64,000 nt of DNA from Gammaproteobacteria bacterium (GCA_026710545.1 JAPOQU010000055.1:41312-105311), one strand, 5' to 3'. Numbered from the stretch's first letter, positions 1 to 9,685 are shown. Numbers and translations are program-made. The notes: generated by a model not told the origin, from the letters alone.

Positions 1-36
1 GGCGTGTGGCCGGCAATCTGTTAAAACGCTTCTATC

Positions 37-2421
37 TTGAAACAACAGGTGTTGAAACCTCGGTCTGGGCACAGCATGGCTGACAAACAGGACAATCTTG
101 CTGTCGGCAAGGCGCTGCCCCATGAGAGCGCCCACCTGCACGTGAGCGGGGAAGCCGGGTACGTGGACGACCAGCCTGAGCCCAGGGGTCTGCTGTATGC
201 CGCCATCGGCTGCAGCGACCGGGCCCATGCCCGTATCAGGCACATAGACTTCTCTGCGGTCCGCGCAGCACCCGGCGTGGTGGAGATCATCAGCGCCGGG
301 GATATTCCCGGCGCCAACAATCACGGTCCCGTGATAGCGGACGATCCGGTGTTTGCCGACGGCCTGGTCGAATACGTCGGCCAATCGGTGTTTGCCGTGC
401 TGGCCGATACCGCGAACAATGCCCGCAAGGCCGCACGCATGGCCAGGATAGATTATGAGGAACTGCCGGCAATTCTGGATATAGACAGCGCCGTGGCGCA
501 GGGTTCCTTCGTGCTTCCCTCCCAGACCATTGAACGCGGCCAACCGGATCAAGCGATTGCCGGGGCATCCCACCAGTTGCAGGGCCGCCTGAGGGTCGGC
601 GGGCAGGACCATTTTTACCTGGAAGGGCAGATTGCCGTGGCGTATCCGCGTGAAGATGGCGCCACGCTGGTCCATGTTTCCACCCAGCACCCGACGGAGG
701 TACAACACCTGGTTGCCGCTGCGCTGGGTAAATCGTCCAAGGATGTGGTGGTTGAATGCCGGCGCATGGGAGGCGGTTTCGGCGGCAAGGAAACCACACC
801 GGCCCTGTTCGCGGTGATTGCGGCGGTAGCCGCGCACCGGACGGGCCGGCCGGTAAAATTACGCGTGGACCGTGATGCCGACATGATGATCACCGGCAAG
901 CGTCACGGCTTCCGTATCGATTACAAGGCAGGCTTTGATGCGCGCGGACTGATACGGGGCATAGACCTGGAGCTGGCCTCGGACTGCGGCCGCTCGACCG
1001 ATTTATCGGGTCCCATCAACGTGCGCGCCATGTTCCACAGCGACAACTGCTATTTCCTGGAGCACGTGCGCATTACCTCCCACCGCTGCAAAACCCACAA
1101 GGCGTCAAACGTGGCCTTCCGGGGTTTTGGCGGCCCCCAGGGGATGATGGGGATCGAGAATGTCATCGACGAGATTGCCCGCTATCTTGATAAAGACCCC
1201 CTTGACGTGCGGAAAATCAACTTCTACGGAAAAAATGACAGTAACGTAACGCCGTACGGCATGACGGTGGAAGACAACATCATCCATGAACTGGTGGATG
1301 AACTGGAGATAAAATCCGGCTACCGGGAAAGACGCCGGCAGGTAGATGAATTCAACGACTCCGGCGGCATACTCAAACGCGGTATCGCCCTGACCCCGGT
1401 CAAGTTCGGGATTTCGTTTACCGCAACGTTCTATAACCAGGCCGGCGCCTTGCTGCACGTTTACCGCGACGGCAGCATCATGTTGAACCACGGAGGCACC
1501 GAGATGGGGCAGGGGCTGTATACCAAGGTATCCCAGGTGATAGCCGAGGAGTTCCAGGTGGACCGGGACAGGATAAAATGCACCGCCGCCAACACCGGGA
1601 AAGTGCCTAACACCTCTGCGACGGCTGCCTCTTCCGGCAGTGACCTCAACGGTATGGCGGCAAGGGCTGCCGCCGTAGTAATCAAACGGCGCATGGCTGA
1701 GTTTGCGGCGCAACACTACGGGGCGCCGTTGGAACAGGTACGCTTTACCCGGGCAGGGGTGCAGGCAGGCAGGGAGCTGATAGATTTTGCCGAGTTGGCC
1801 AACCAGGCCTACCTGGCGCGTATCTCCCTGTCCTCCACCGGGTATTACCGCACCCCCAAAATCAATTATGACCAGGAAACCCTGAGCGGCCGCCCGTTCT
1901 TCTATTTTGCCTACGGCGCCGCGGTATCAGAGGTGGTGCTGGATACCCTGACAGGCGAGCACAGGATACTGCGTACGGACATCCTGCACGATGCCGGGGA
2001 ATCGTTGAACCCGGCCATTGACATGGGGCAGGTGGAGGGCGGTTACCTGCAGGGAGTCGGCTGGTTGACCGGCGAGGAACTGTGGTGGGACCCTCAGGGC
2101 ACACTCATGACCCATTCCCCGTCCACCTACAAGATTCCGGCCTGCAGTGACTGGCCGCGGGAATGCAATGTCGAGTTGGTCGACTGGGGCAGGAACCGGG
2201 AAGAGACCATCTACCGCTCCAAAGCGGTGGGCGAGCCTCCTCTCATGCTGGCGATTTCGGTATATCATGCGCTGAAAGACGCCATTGCCGCGCTGGGAGG
2301 CGTTAGGGCCCGGCCTGTATTGTCTGCGCCGGCTACCCCGGAACAGGTTTTGAACAGTATCGGGAACCTGTCGGGGCAGAAGCCCGGGACTGCAAACGGC
2401 AAGCGCCGGGCAGCCGCATGA
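37..2421 (+). CDS. xdhB: xanthine dehydrogenase molybdopterin-binding (large) subunit
   Basis: 794-aa ORF with the aldehyde oxidase/xanthine dehydrogenase hammerhead and MoCo-binding features (GGGFGGKE motif, RMGGGFGGKETT). Followed by xdhC and puuD. The window probably begins inside upstream xdhA. Confidence 0.85.
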   Translation: MKQQVLKPRSGHSMADKQDNLAVGKALPHESAHLHVSGEAGYVDDQPEPRGLLYAAIGCSDRAHARIRHIDFSAVRAAPGVVEIISAGDIPGANNHGPVIADDPVFADGLVEYVGQSVFAVLADTANNARKAARMARIDYEELPAILDIDSAVAQGSFVLPSQTIERGQPDQAIAGASHQLQGRLRVGGQDHFYLEGQIAVAYPREDGATLVHVSTQHPTEVQHLVAAALGKSSKDVVVECRRMGGGFGGKETTPALFAVIAAVAAHRTGRPVKLRVDRDADMMITGKRHGFRIDYKAGFDARGLIRGIDLELASDCGRSTDLSGPINVRAMFHSDNCYFLEHVRITSHRCKTHKASNVAFRGFGGPQGMMGIENVIDEIARYLDKDPLDVRKINFYGKNDSNVTPYGMTVEDNIIHELVDELEIKSGYRERRRQVDEFNDSGGILKRGIALTPVKFGISFTATFYNQAGALLHVYRDGSIMLNHGGTEMGQGLYTKVSQVIAEEFQVDRDRIKCTAANTGKVPNTSATAASSGSDLNGMAARAAAVVIKRRMAEFAAQHYGAPLEQVRFTRAGVQAGRELIDFAELANQAYLARISLSSTGYYRTPKINYDQETLSGRPFFYFAYGAAVSEVVLDTLTGEHRILRTDILHDAGESLNPAIDMGQVEGGYLQGVGWLTGEELWWDPQGTLMTHSPSTYKIPACSDWPRECNVELVDWGRNREETIYRSKAVGEPPLMLAISVYHALKDAIAALGGVRARPVLSAPATPEQVLNSIGNLSGQKPGTANGKRRAAA

Positions 2422-3527
2422 ACCGGTGTTTTTCGACGCTGCATGAGGTCGCAGACAGCGGGCAGCCATGCGCACTGGTGACGGTTGCCCATATTGCGGG
2501 ATCTGCGCCGCGTGAACCGGGCGCCCGCATGATCGTGACCGCCGGCGGGATAATGGGCACAATCGGCGGCGGAAATCTCGAACATGAAGCCATCCGCATC
2601 GCACGGACACGGCTGGATGAACCGGCGGATACGCGTTTTATCGAGTTGTTTCCCCTTGGGTCCATGCTGCAACAATGCTGCGGCGGCGCCGTATTCCTGC
2701 ATTTTGAGGTATTGGCAAACGGCAAACCCGACTGGGTCGCCGCGGCCGCAGAGAATGAACGGAACAACACCCGGACATTGCTGGTGAGCCGAACTCCACC
2801 CACAGCATTCCCGCATAGTCCCTGTACCGGCAAAATGCTCTTCACCACCTCAAGCGCCACAGGAACCCTCGGCGATAACAGCCTCGATGAACTTGCATCA
2901 GCAAAAGCGGCGACACTCCTCTCTTCCCCCCGCACCGGGGAAACGGTCCTGTTGCACTCCCTGGTCGAAACGCAATCGACCCTGCCCGACACAACGGACG
3001 TCCTGTTATACGAAGAGATTTCACCCTGTGACTTCCACGTCGTACTGTTTGGCGCGGGCCATGTAGGCCGGGCGCTGGTGAATGCCCTTACCGAGGCTAC
3101 TGCCTGCCGGATTACCTGGGTGGACAGCAGGGCGGGGCAGTTTCCGGATAACCTGCCGTACAACGTGGAACCCAGGCTCACCGATGACCCGGCAGGGGAA
3201 GCTGCCGGATTGTCTGATGGGGCATACTGCCTGGTCATGACCCACAGCCACGATCTCGACCAGGACCTGTGCGAGGCCCTGTTGCAGCGCAATGGTTTCG
3301 CTTTCCTCGGATTAATCGGGTCCGCAACCAAGCGCCGGCGTTTTATACACAGGCTGAAAGAAAAAGGAATGGATGATGAGCAACTGGCGCGGCTCACCTG
3401 TCCCATCGGTATCCCCGGCATCGAAGCAAAAGAACCCGGCGTCATAGCCCTCGCCGTTGCAGCCCAGTTGCTTAAAATAAAATCCGCAGATGACGCAGAT
3501 GATTATATTAAACAAACTCAAATTTAA
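2418..3527 (+). CDS. xdhC: xanthine dehydrogenase accessory/maturation factor XdhC (XdhC/CoxI family)
   Basis: 369-aa ORF overlapping the xdhB stop by 4 bp (ATGA). C-terminal Rossmann-like GAGHVG motif typical of XdhC/CoxI. Operon context with xdhB. Confidence 0.75.
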   Translation: MNRCFSTLHEVADSGQPCALVTVAHIAGSAPREPGARMIVTAGGIMGTIGGGNLEHEAIRIARTRLDEPADTRFIELFPLGSMLQQCCGGAVFLHFEVLANGKPDWVAAAAENERNNTRTLLVSRTPPTAFPHSPCTGKMLFTTSSATGTLGDNSLDELASAKAATLLSSPRTGETVLLHSLVETQSTLPDTTDVLLYEEISPCDFHVVLFGAGHVGRALVNALTEATACRITWVDSRAGQFPDNLPYNVEPRLTDDPAGEAAGLSDGAYCLVMTHSHDLDQDLCEALLQRNGFAFLGLIGSATKRRRFIHRLKEKGMDDEQLARLTCPIGIPGIEAKEPGVIALAVAAQLLKIKSADDADDYIKQTQI

Positions 3528-3572
3528 TCAGATTCCTGAATTCTATCCTTGTTCCAAATTCAAATTTCTCTT

Positions 3573-3609
3573 ATATCTGCGATAATCTGCGTCATCTGCG
3601 GATGAATCA
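3573..3609 (+). repeat. heptad-repeat element copy 1 (ATCTGCG x3): atatctgcgataatctgcgtcatctgcggatgaatca
   Basis: Nearly identical to sequences at 26114-26150, 58859-58908 (inverted) and 59063-59100. Ends 1 bp before the puuD ATG. Confidence 0.8.
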
Positions 3610-4827
3610 ATGATGGAAGCGTATATCCTTGAATGGCTGAACCTGTTGCTGCGCTGGGCGCACCTGATCGTGGGCATCGCCTGGATCGGCTCGTCCTTTT
3701 ATTTCGTCTGGCTGGATATGAACCTCAACGTCCCTCCCCGGGACCCGGAGGACGACGCGGTGGCCGGCGACCTGTGGGCGGTGCATGGCGGCGGGTTTTA
3801 CCATGCGCAGAAATACAAGGTCGCCCCGGGTGAGTTGCCTGAACCGCTGCACTGGTTCAAGTGGGAGGCCTATACCACCTGGTTGACCGGGTTTGCCTTA
3901 CTGGTGCTGATGTATTACGTCAATGCCGATGTGTACCTGGTCGATAAAAGCGTTGCCGATTTAACGGGCGGCCAGGCCATAGCAATCAGCATCGGTTTCA
4001 TCGTGGCGTCCTGGGTGGTTTACGACCTGCTGTGCAGAACCGGTCTGAGCGACGCCTGGATTGGACTGGTCGGTTTTTTATTCCTGGTTGCCGCAGTGTA
4101 CCTCCTGACGGACCTGTTCAGCGGGCGCGGCGCGTATATACAAACAGGCTCCATGCTGGGCACCATCATGGTCGCCAACGTGTTCATGGTGATCATTCCG
4201 GGCCAGCGCGAACTGGTGGAAGCCAAACTCCGTGGTGAAGACCCGGACCCGTTGCCCGGAATCAGGGGCAAGCAGCGCTCGGTGCATAACAATTACATCA
4301 CCCTGCCGGTGCTGTTTGTCATGTTGAGCCCGCACTATCCCATGACCTACGGGCATGAATACAACTGGTTGCTCCTCATCGCCATCTTCATCGCCGGGGT
4401 GCTGATCCGGCATTTCTTCAACCTCAGAAACCAGGGGAAAGCAGAGCCCCTGCTGCTGTTTATCGCACTTGTTATTATCATCCTGGCTGCGTTCATGGCT
4501 GCGCCGAAATCCAGGGCAATCCCTGACCGGGATGTGGCGCCGCGTGCCGAGCAACCCGTTGAACCCGTTTCATTTGCGCAAGTCAGACAGGTAATCGTCC
4601 AGCGCTGCAATAATTGCCATTCGATTGAACCGAACCATCCCACCGCGCCGGTCGCTCCCAACGCCGTGATGTTCGACACCCCGGAACAAATCGCACAATG
4701 GGCACAACGCATTCACGACAGGACCGTCACCACCAGGACCATGCCGCTGGCGAACCTGACGCAGATGACCGATGAAGAACGCCTGCTGGTGGCTCGTTGG
4801 TATAAAACCGGCGCCGAAATAGAATAG
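3610..4827 (+). CDS. puuD: urate hydroxylase PuuD (membrane cytochrome c urate oxidase)
   Basis: 405-aa polytopic membrane protein with a C-terminal CNNCH heme c motif (VIVQRCNNCHSIEP). Located downstream of xdhBC. Confidence 0.75.
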   Translation: MMEAYILEWLNLLLRWAHLIVGIAWIGSSFYFVWLDMNLNVPPRDPEDDAVAGDLWAVHGGGFYHAQKYKVAPGELPEPLHWFKWEAYTTWLTGFALLVLMYYVNADVYLVDKSVADLTGGQAIAISIGFIVASWVVYDLLCRTGLSDAWIGLVGFLFLVAAVYLLTDLFSGRGAYIQTGSMLGTIMVANVFMVIIPGQRELVEAKLRGEDPDPLPGIRGKQRSVHNNYITLPVLFVMLSPHYPMTYGHEYNWLLLIAIFIAGVLIRHFFNLRNQGKAEPLLLFIALVIIILAAFMAAPKSRAIPDRDVAPRAEQPVEPVSFAQVRQVIVQRCNNCHSIEPNHPTAPVAPNAVMFDTPEQIAQWAQRIHDRTVTTRTMPLANLTQMTDEERLLVARWYKTGAEIE

Positions 4828-4876
4828 AAGCAAAGCCGTTACAATCATCGCTTCACCACCGAGTTGATGCTTATGA

Positions 4877-4945
4877 TTACCCAGCCTGGCGTTCGCAGGA
4901 CTCCCGGCGGGAGGACCCGGACAGGTAGGTCAGGCGTTTGTAGCG
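4877..4945 (-). pseudogene. remnant 3' end of IMPDH-family gene (duplicated target-site fragment)
   Basis: Minus-strand reading gives ...KRLTYLSGSSRRESCERQAG*, which parallels the C-terminus ...KYLVPLSESSRRESYER* of the intact gene at 6294-7760. Contains direct repeat copy A. Confidence 0.5.
4889..4925. repeat. direct repeat copy A (gcgttcgcaggactcccggcgggaggacccggacagg) flanking the Fic islet
   Basis: 33/37 identity with 6297-6334; the four differences are all C/T transitions. Confidence 0.8.
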
Positions 4946-4960
4946 GCCAATATATTGGCC
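4945..4960. promoter_or_regulatory. perfect 16-bp palindrome GGCCAATATATTGGCC upstream of the Fic gene
   Basis: Seen directly. A related half-site TGGCCAAAA(A)T recurs at 4955 and 5043 in the AT-rich leader of fic. Confidence 0.35.
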
Positions 4961-5067
4961 AAAAATTTGTAATATTCTTGATTTATTCTATATTATAAGT
5001 TATAAAACAGACAGTTAGTTGAGTTTTAATCGGCCAACAAAGTGGCCAAAATATGCGTTGACCATGA

Positions 5068-6279
5068 ATGGTTACAACAAGTCATAATTTCACACCCTTT
5101 ATTCCTGACGATGTGGCATTAAACCGGTCTGACTTGCCGGATTTAGTGATATCAATGGTGGGCGCTGATGCGCAACTGGCTGGACATTTGACGGAAGTGA
5201 CAAAAGCAACGATTCGTCAATATATGGAAGTTATAAATTCATATTATTCGAACCTGATTGAAGGTAATCATACGCAACCGTACGAAATCCGCGCCGCACA
5301 AAGAGGTAAGTATCACGATGATCCGATCAAAAGAGATTTACAGAAGGAGTCCGTTGCGCATATACACGTTCAGAAGTGGATCAAGCAACAAGTCCTAGAC
5401 CAGAATACGATATATTCGAGCGATTTTCTAAAGGCCCTGCACAGGGAATTTTATACACAACTCCCTGAACGCATGTGGGAAATCAAGGATGATGAAGGAA
5501 ACACAAAGGGAAAGATCATACCGGGAGAATGGCGTACGGATACTGTCAAGGTTGGCCTGCACGTCCCCCCGTCTGCAGACAATCTGGAATCACTGATGCA
5601 ACAGTTTTGCGAGATATACCATCCCCGAAGGTACTCCGGAGAGAGAAAATATATCGCTCTTATGTGTGCGCATCACAGGTTTGTCTGGGTTCACCCGTTC
5701 CTTGACGGAAATGGAAGAGTCGCCAGGTTATTTACGGACGCTGCGCTCTCCAGTCTCGGATTGAACAGTGTAGGCGTATGGTATATCAGCCGAGGCGTAG
5801 CCAGGGCAGCAAATGGTTATAAGGGGTTACTGGCGCGCGCCGATTTCCCCCGTCAAGGTATGCATGATGGTCGCGGTTTGTTAAGTCAGGAAAACCTGGT
5901 GGATTTTTGTCGATTCATGCTTGCTGCCGCGATTGACCAGATAACGTACATGACCAGGTTGCTTGACCTGGGACAGATACAAAAAAGGATTTCCAGATAC
6001 ATACAAGCGCGAAATGACAACCGGGTCCCGGCAATCAGCGCTGAAATCAAGGAAATAGCATCACTGGTCCTGTACCAGGCGTTTATACACGGGGAATTGG
6101 AACGGCAAATGGCGTATGAACTGTGCGGCATGTCTGAGCGAAGCGCCCGCAGGTTGCTTGCGCAATTAAAGGAAGAAGGCCTGTTGACTGAAACATCATC
6201 ACGGTCACCGCTCAAGTGGTCAATCCCTGAACATGCGGAACCCTGGTACTTCCCTGAGTTAGTGCCAGGCCAGGTGTAG
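5068..6279 (+). CDS. Fic/DOC family protein (probable AMPylating toxin/effector)
   Basis: 403-aa ORF with canonical Fic motif HPFLDGNGRVARLF (HxFx(D/E)GNGRxxR). Gene and leader are AT-rich relative to the flanks. Confidence 0.85.
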   Translation: MVTTSHNFTPFIPDDVALNRSDLPDLVISMVGADAQLAGHLTEVTKATIRQYMEVINSYYSNLIEGNHTQPYEIRAAQRGKYHDDPIKRDLQKESVAHIHVQKWIKQQVLDQNTIYSSDFLKALHREFYTQLPERMWEIKDDEGNTKGKIIPGEWRTDTVKVGLHVPPSADNLESLMQQFCEIYHPRRYSGERKYIALMCAHHRFVWVHPFLDGNGRVARLFTDAALSSLGLNSVGVWYISRGVARAANGYKGLLARADFPRQGMHDGRGLLSQENLVDFCRFMLAAAIDQITYMTRLLDLGQIQKRISRYIQARNDNRVPAISAEIKEIASLVLYQAFIHGELERQMAYELCGMSERSARRLLAQLKEEGLLTETSSRSPLKWSIPEHAEPWYFPELVPGQV

Positions 6280-6293
6280 CTGACATTCTGTTT

Positions 6294-7760
6294 TCAGCGT
6301 TCGTAGGATTCCCGGCGGGAGGATTCGGACAGGGGTACCAGGTATTTCTCCGGGTTGCTGAGTATCTTCGCGCGCGCTGCCTGCAGCGTGGCTTCGCCCG
6401 CATAGCTGACGGACGAGCGCAGGTGGCCGCGCACGCGGTGCAGGATGTCGTTGACGCTGCCTTTGTACGGCACCTGTATTTCCTGGCCTTCGGGCGGGGT
6501 ATCGAGCGCGGCGTCGGTCGCTTCCGCGTTCTCCGGGTCATAGAGTGATTCCAGCACCGCTTCCGGTGAGGTCATGCCGCGGTAAATCTTCTTCTTGGTA
6601 TGGGTGACGGGGTCTTCGATGACCCTGCCGGGCGCCTCGTCGGTGCCGGACAATGCGCTGCCCAGCATGACCGTAGTTGCACCGCACACCAGGGCGAGAA
6701 AGATGTCCTTGTCCGTCTTGATGCCGCCATCGGCCATGATGGGGATTGAATCGCCCAGTGCCTTCCAGGTTTCGCGTATCGCCTGTAACTGCGGCACGCC
6801 GGCTGCGGTTTCCAGGCGGGTACGGCAGCCGCGGCCCGGCCCCACGCCGACCTTGACCGCGTCCGCGCCGATGTCCCGCATGAAGCGCGCCCCCTCGGCG
6901 GTGGCCACGTTGCCGCACACCAGGGGTACGCCGCCGAAGCGGCCGCGGAATCGTTCAACGGCCTCTTCCATCACCGTCGAATGGCCGTGGGCAATGTCGA
7001 TGAACAGGCAGTCAGCTCCTGCTTCCAGCAGTGCCGCACTACGGTCGAGGTAATCGCCCCGTGCGCCGATCGCGGCAGCAACCAGCAGGTGTCCCTTGTC
7101 ATCCTTGCTGGAGTAGGGACGTTCCCGCAGGGAAAAGATATCGCGACGCGTGATCAATCCGTGGATGCGTCGCTCGGCATCTACCAGCGGCAGGCGCTCG
7201 ATGCGATGTTCAAACAGTATCTTCGAGGCCTGTTCGATGGAAATCCCGGGTTTGTCGACAACCAGCCGGTCGAAAGAAGTCATGAAACGCTCCACAGGCT
7301 GGTCATCGTAGTCGCTGTTCCAGGGCATATCCCGCTGCGACAGCAGGCCGGCCAGGATATTGCTGCCGGGTTCCGTCTCGATCAGAATGCCGGTAATTGA
7401 ATGATTATGAGCGAAATTCCTGGCCTGCTGAATGGTAGTGCCCAGCGGCAGGCACAAGGGCTGATTGATGACCGCGCTCTGGCTGCGTTTTATCTGCGCT
7501 ACCTTGCGCGCCTGTCTCTCGATGGTCATGGCGCGATGGATCACGCCGATACCGCCTTCCATCGCCATCGCCCTGGCCATGTCCGCGCCGGTCACGCTGT
7601 CCATATTGGACGAGACGATGGGCAGTTCCAGGGAGATATGGCCGGTCAGTACACTAGCCAGACTGATGTCCCGGCGCGAGCCCGCCATCCCTTTTTGCGG
7701 GCGAAACAGGAAGTCGTCGAAGGTTTTTCCGACCCAGGATACATTATCTAAAGGTGTCAT
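6294..7760 (-). CDS. IMP dehydrogenase family protein (IMPDH/GMP reductase fold with CBS pair; non-canonical catalytic loop)
   Basis: 488 aa, clearly alignable to GuaB (GGIGVIH, CBS pair, ...GNVATAEGAR...ADAVKVGVGPG). The catalytic loop reads GVGPGRGCRTR rather than the canonical GIGPGSICTT (from memory), so this is probably a paralog rather than housekeeping guaB. GC-rich, core-like. Confidence 0.8.
   Translation of the reverse strand: MTPLDNVSWVGKTFDDFLFRPQKGMAGSRRDISLASVLTGHISLELPIVSSNMDSVTGADMARAMAMEGGIGVIHRAMTIERQARKVAQIKRSQSAVINQPLCLPLGTTIQQARNFAHNHSITGILIETEPGSNILAGLLSQRDMPWNSDYDDQPVERFMTSFDRLVVDKPGISIEQASKILFEHRIERLPLVDAERRIHGLITRRDIFSLRERPYSSKDDKGHLLVAAAIGARGDYLDRSAALLEAGADCLFIDIAHGHSTVMEEAVERFRGRFGGVPLVCGNVATAEGARFMRDIGADAVKVGVGPGRGCRTRLETAAGVPQLQAIRETWKALGDSIPIMADGGIKTDKDIFLALVCGATTVMLGSALSGTDEAPGRVIEDPVTHTKKKIYRGMTSPEAVLESLYDPENAEATDAALDTPPEGQEIQVPYKGSVNDILHRVRGHLRSSVSYAGEATLQAARAKILSNPEKYLVPLSESSRRESYER
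6297..6334. repeat. direct repeat copy B (gcgttcgtaggattcccggcgggaggattcggacagg), overlapping the last codons of the IMPDH-family gene
   Basis: Pairs with 4889-4925. Confidence 0.8.
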
Positions 7761-8177
7761 GAAGAACTTAGAAGATTAGACAGTGCTGGAGTGTCAGCTT
7801 GTTGATGATATGATACAGTTAACCGTGGCCAATCTATCAATTCTCACAGCTTTGATCAACGTCCGCATTCTAATTTTATCTTTGGTATTAGGAAACTTTG
7901 TAGTGTCTAAATACGTAAGCTTCATGCGAAATGATACATGCTTGATGATAGTCATGTCATCACTTAACGATTTATCAGTATTTGCTGCGTATTTATTATT
8001 AGTCAAACGTGTAATGACGCGCACACAATCAGGTAAATTATCGGAACGATACATTTGGGTGCTGGAGCAGAAAAAATGTGGATTTACTACTCGTCATCAA
8101 TTTGCTGCTCACCTTGCAGTAACAAAAAAAGTTATCCCAATCGAAATTTCATAGATGCCGAGAAGCAAATTATTTCT

Positions 8178-9674
8178 ATGAATGTTTTAGTTACTTTCAC
8201 AGGGTTCCATGATCCATACAGCCTAGGGTTAGTTGGGGAGGAGCAACAGGCTGGCCCGATCGTTTCCTTGGTAAGTGCAAAATCATTCGACCATGTAATA
8301 TTGATTTCTACGCTGAATACGAAGGAAAACACGACAGCGACGGAATCTGTACTCAAAGAGTTGAATCCTGAAGTGGGTATCTTAATCATCGAAGCTGGTT
8401 TGAGCGACCCTACGGATTATGCAGAAATATTAAATTTACTTCGCACCAAACTTTTGCCAAAATTAAATTTATTTGAAACACAGATAAACCTCTTTGTTGC
8501 TGTTGCGTCTGGTACACCACAAATGCACGCAGCATGGTTACTCTTGGTATCAAGCGGCGAAATACCTGCTCGAATTTTGCATATCAGACCAGCTCGATTT
8601 GTAACCACGGATAAACCTCTCGTAAGTGAAATCGACCTTTCATCGAAAGAGTTTCCTGAGGTTCGGAGTATTAGCTTGTCGAGACTGGAGTCTCCCGACA
8701 CGGCACTAGATGTCAACAAACTCATCCAATCGTTAGGAATTGTGGGTGACCACCCTGAACTCTCGAAAGCGCTTGATATATCAGCTACGCTCGCCTCCTC
8801 GAGTGTGCCAATTCTATTACTTGGAGAGACCGGAACTGGCAAAGAGTTACTGGCCAGATTCATCCACTTGGCCAGTGGCCGACCTAAGGATTGCTTCGTA
8901 GCAATCAACTGCGCAGCAATTCCTAGAGACTTGGTTGAGAGCATACTATTTGGTCACTGTAAAGGCGCCTTCACGGGAGCAGTATCCGACCAGAAGGGCA
9001 AATTTGCACAAGCAGATGGTGGCACGTTGTTTCTGGATGAACTTGGGGAACTACCGTTAGATACACAAGCGAAGTTGCTACGTGTTTTACAAGAAGGGCA
9101 GATTGAACCTGTCGGCACTGGTGAACCTCATAACGTAGATGTACGATTGATTGGTGCAACAAATGTCGACCTGCCTCGATCCATAAAGCAGGGTAACTTT
9201 CGTGAGGATCTCTATTACCGCTTGAATGTTGGCGAGATCCGCTTGCCACCGCTCAGGGAACGCCGTAGCGATATTCCGAAAATCGCACTCACATTGCTAG
9301 ATAAGGTAAATACAAGTCTGAAAGCGCCGAAACGACTGACCACAGGCGCGCTACAGCGATTACAGGCGCATGATTGGCCTGGAAACATTCGAGATCTGTC
9401 GAACACAATTGAGCGTACCGCACGACTAACACGCTCTGCGGTCTTAGATACAGACGATCTCATATTTGGCGAACCAGTAATCCATGCGGAGCCTTGGTCA
9501 ACATTACCAGAGCCAGCCGAGGGTTTTTCATTGGAGAATTTTCTATCTGATGCGCGAAAGCAGATTGTGATGCGGGCGCTGAAGATTAGCGGTGGTAATC
9601 AGAGTAAGGCAGCGCTCCTTCTTGGATTGACCCCCCAAGCCGTACACAAATATGTACAGAAGAATAGAACATGA
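8178..9674 (+). CDS. RtcR-like sigma54-dependent transcriptional activator (N-terminal CARF domain + AAA+ sigma54-interaction domain + C-terminal HTH)
   Basis: Start chosen at MNVLVTFTGF (ATG 8178); the longest ORF runs from 8055. Central domain has Walker A GETGTGKELLARFIH, the GAFTGA sigma54-contact motif and ESILFGH. C-terminal Fis-type HTH (QSKAALLLGLTPQAVHKYV). The N-terminal ~230 aa aligns with my recollection of the E. coli RtcR CARF domain (VLVTFTGFHDPY ~ VAFGFVGTVLDY; ASGTPQMHAAWLLLVSSGEIPARILHIRP ~ TTGTHVAQICWFLLAEARYLPARLIQSSP). Confidence 0.8.
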   Translation: MNVLVTFTGFHDPYSLGLVGEEQQAGPIVSLVSAKSFDHVILISTLNTKENTTATESVLKELNPEVGILIIEAGLSDPTDYAEILNLLRTKLLPKLNLFETQINLFVAVASGTPQMHAAWLLLVSSGEIPARILHIRPARFVTTDKPLVSEIDLSSKEFPEVRSISLSRLESPDTALDVNKLIQSLGIVGDHPELSKALDISATLASSSVPILLLGETGTGKELLARFIHLASGRPKDCFVAINCAAIPRDLVESILFGHCKGAFTGAVSDQKGKFAQADGGTLFLDELGELPLDTQAKLLRVLQEGQIEPVGTGEPHNVDVRLIGATNVDLPRSIKQGNFREDLYYRLNVGEIRLPPLRERRSDIPKIALTLLDKVNTSLKAPKRLTTGALQRLQAHDWPGNIRDLSNTIERTARLTRSAVLDTDDLIFGEPVIHAEPWSTLPEPAEGFSLENFLSDARKQIVMRALKISGGNQSKAALLLGLTPQAVHKYVQKNRT

Positions 9675-9685
9675 TTTTAACCAAG

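Noticed and set aside
21-4848. Numerous 60-230-aa ORFs on the opposite strand or in alternative frames inside xdhB/xdhC/puuD (e.g. 290-799, 1105-1716, 1927-2610, 2333-3445, 4078-4554)
   Set aside because: Typical GC-rich shadow ORFs entirely nested within well-supported genes; low-complexity Arg/Pro/Ala-rich translations.
7783-8154. 123-aa ORF (and antisense 86-aa ORF 7794-8054) in the AT-rich leader upstream of the sigma54 activator gene
   Set aside because: Lies in a non-coding-looking AT-rich region. The translation is low-complexity hydrophobic with no motif, and it overlaps the longest-ORF extension of the regulator. More likely promoter/leader DNA.
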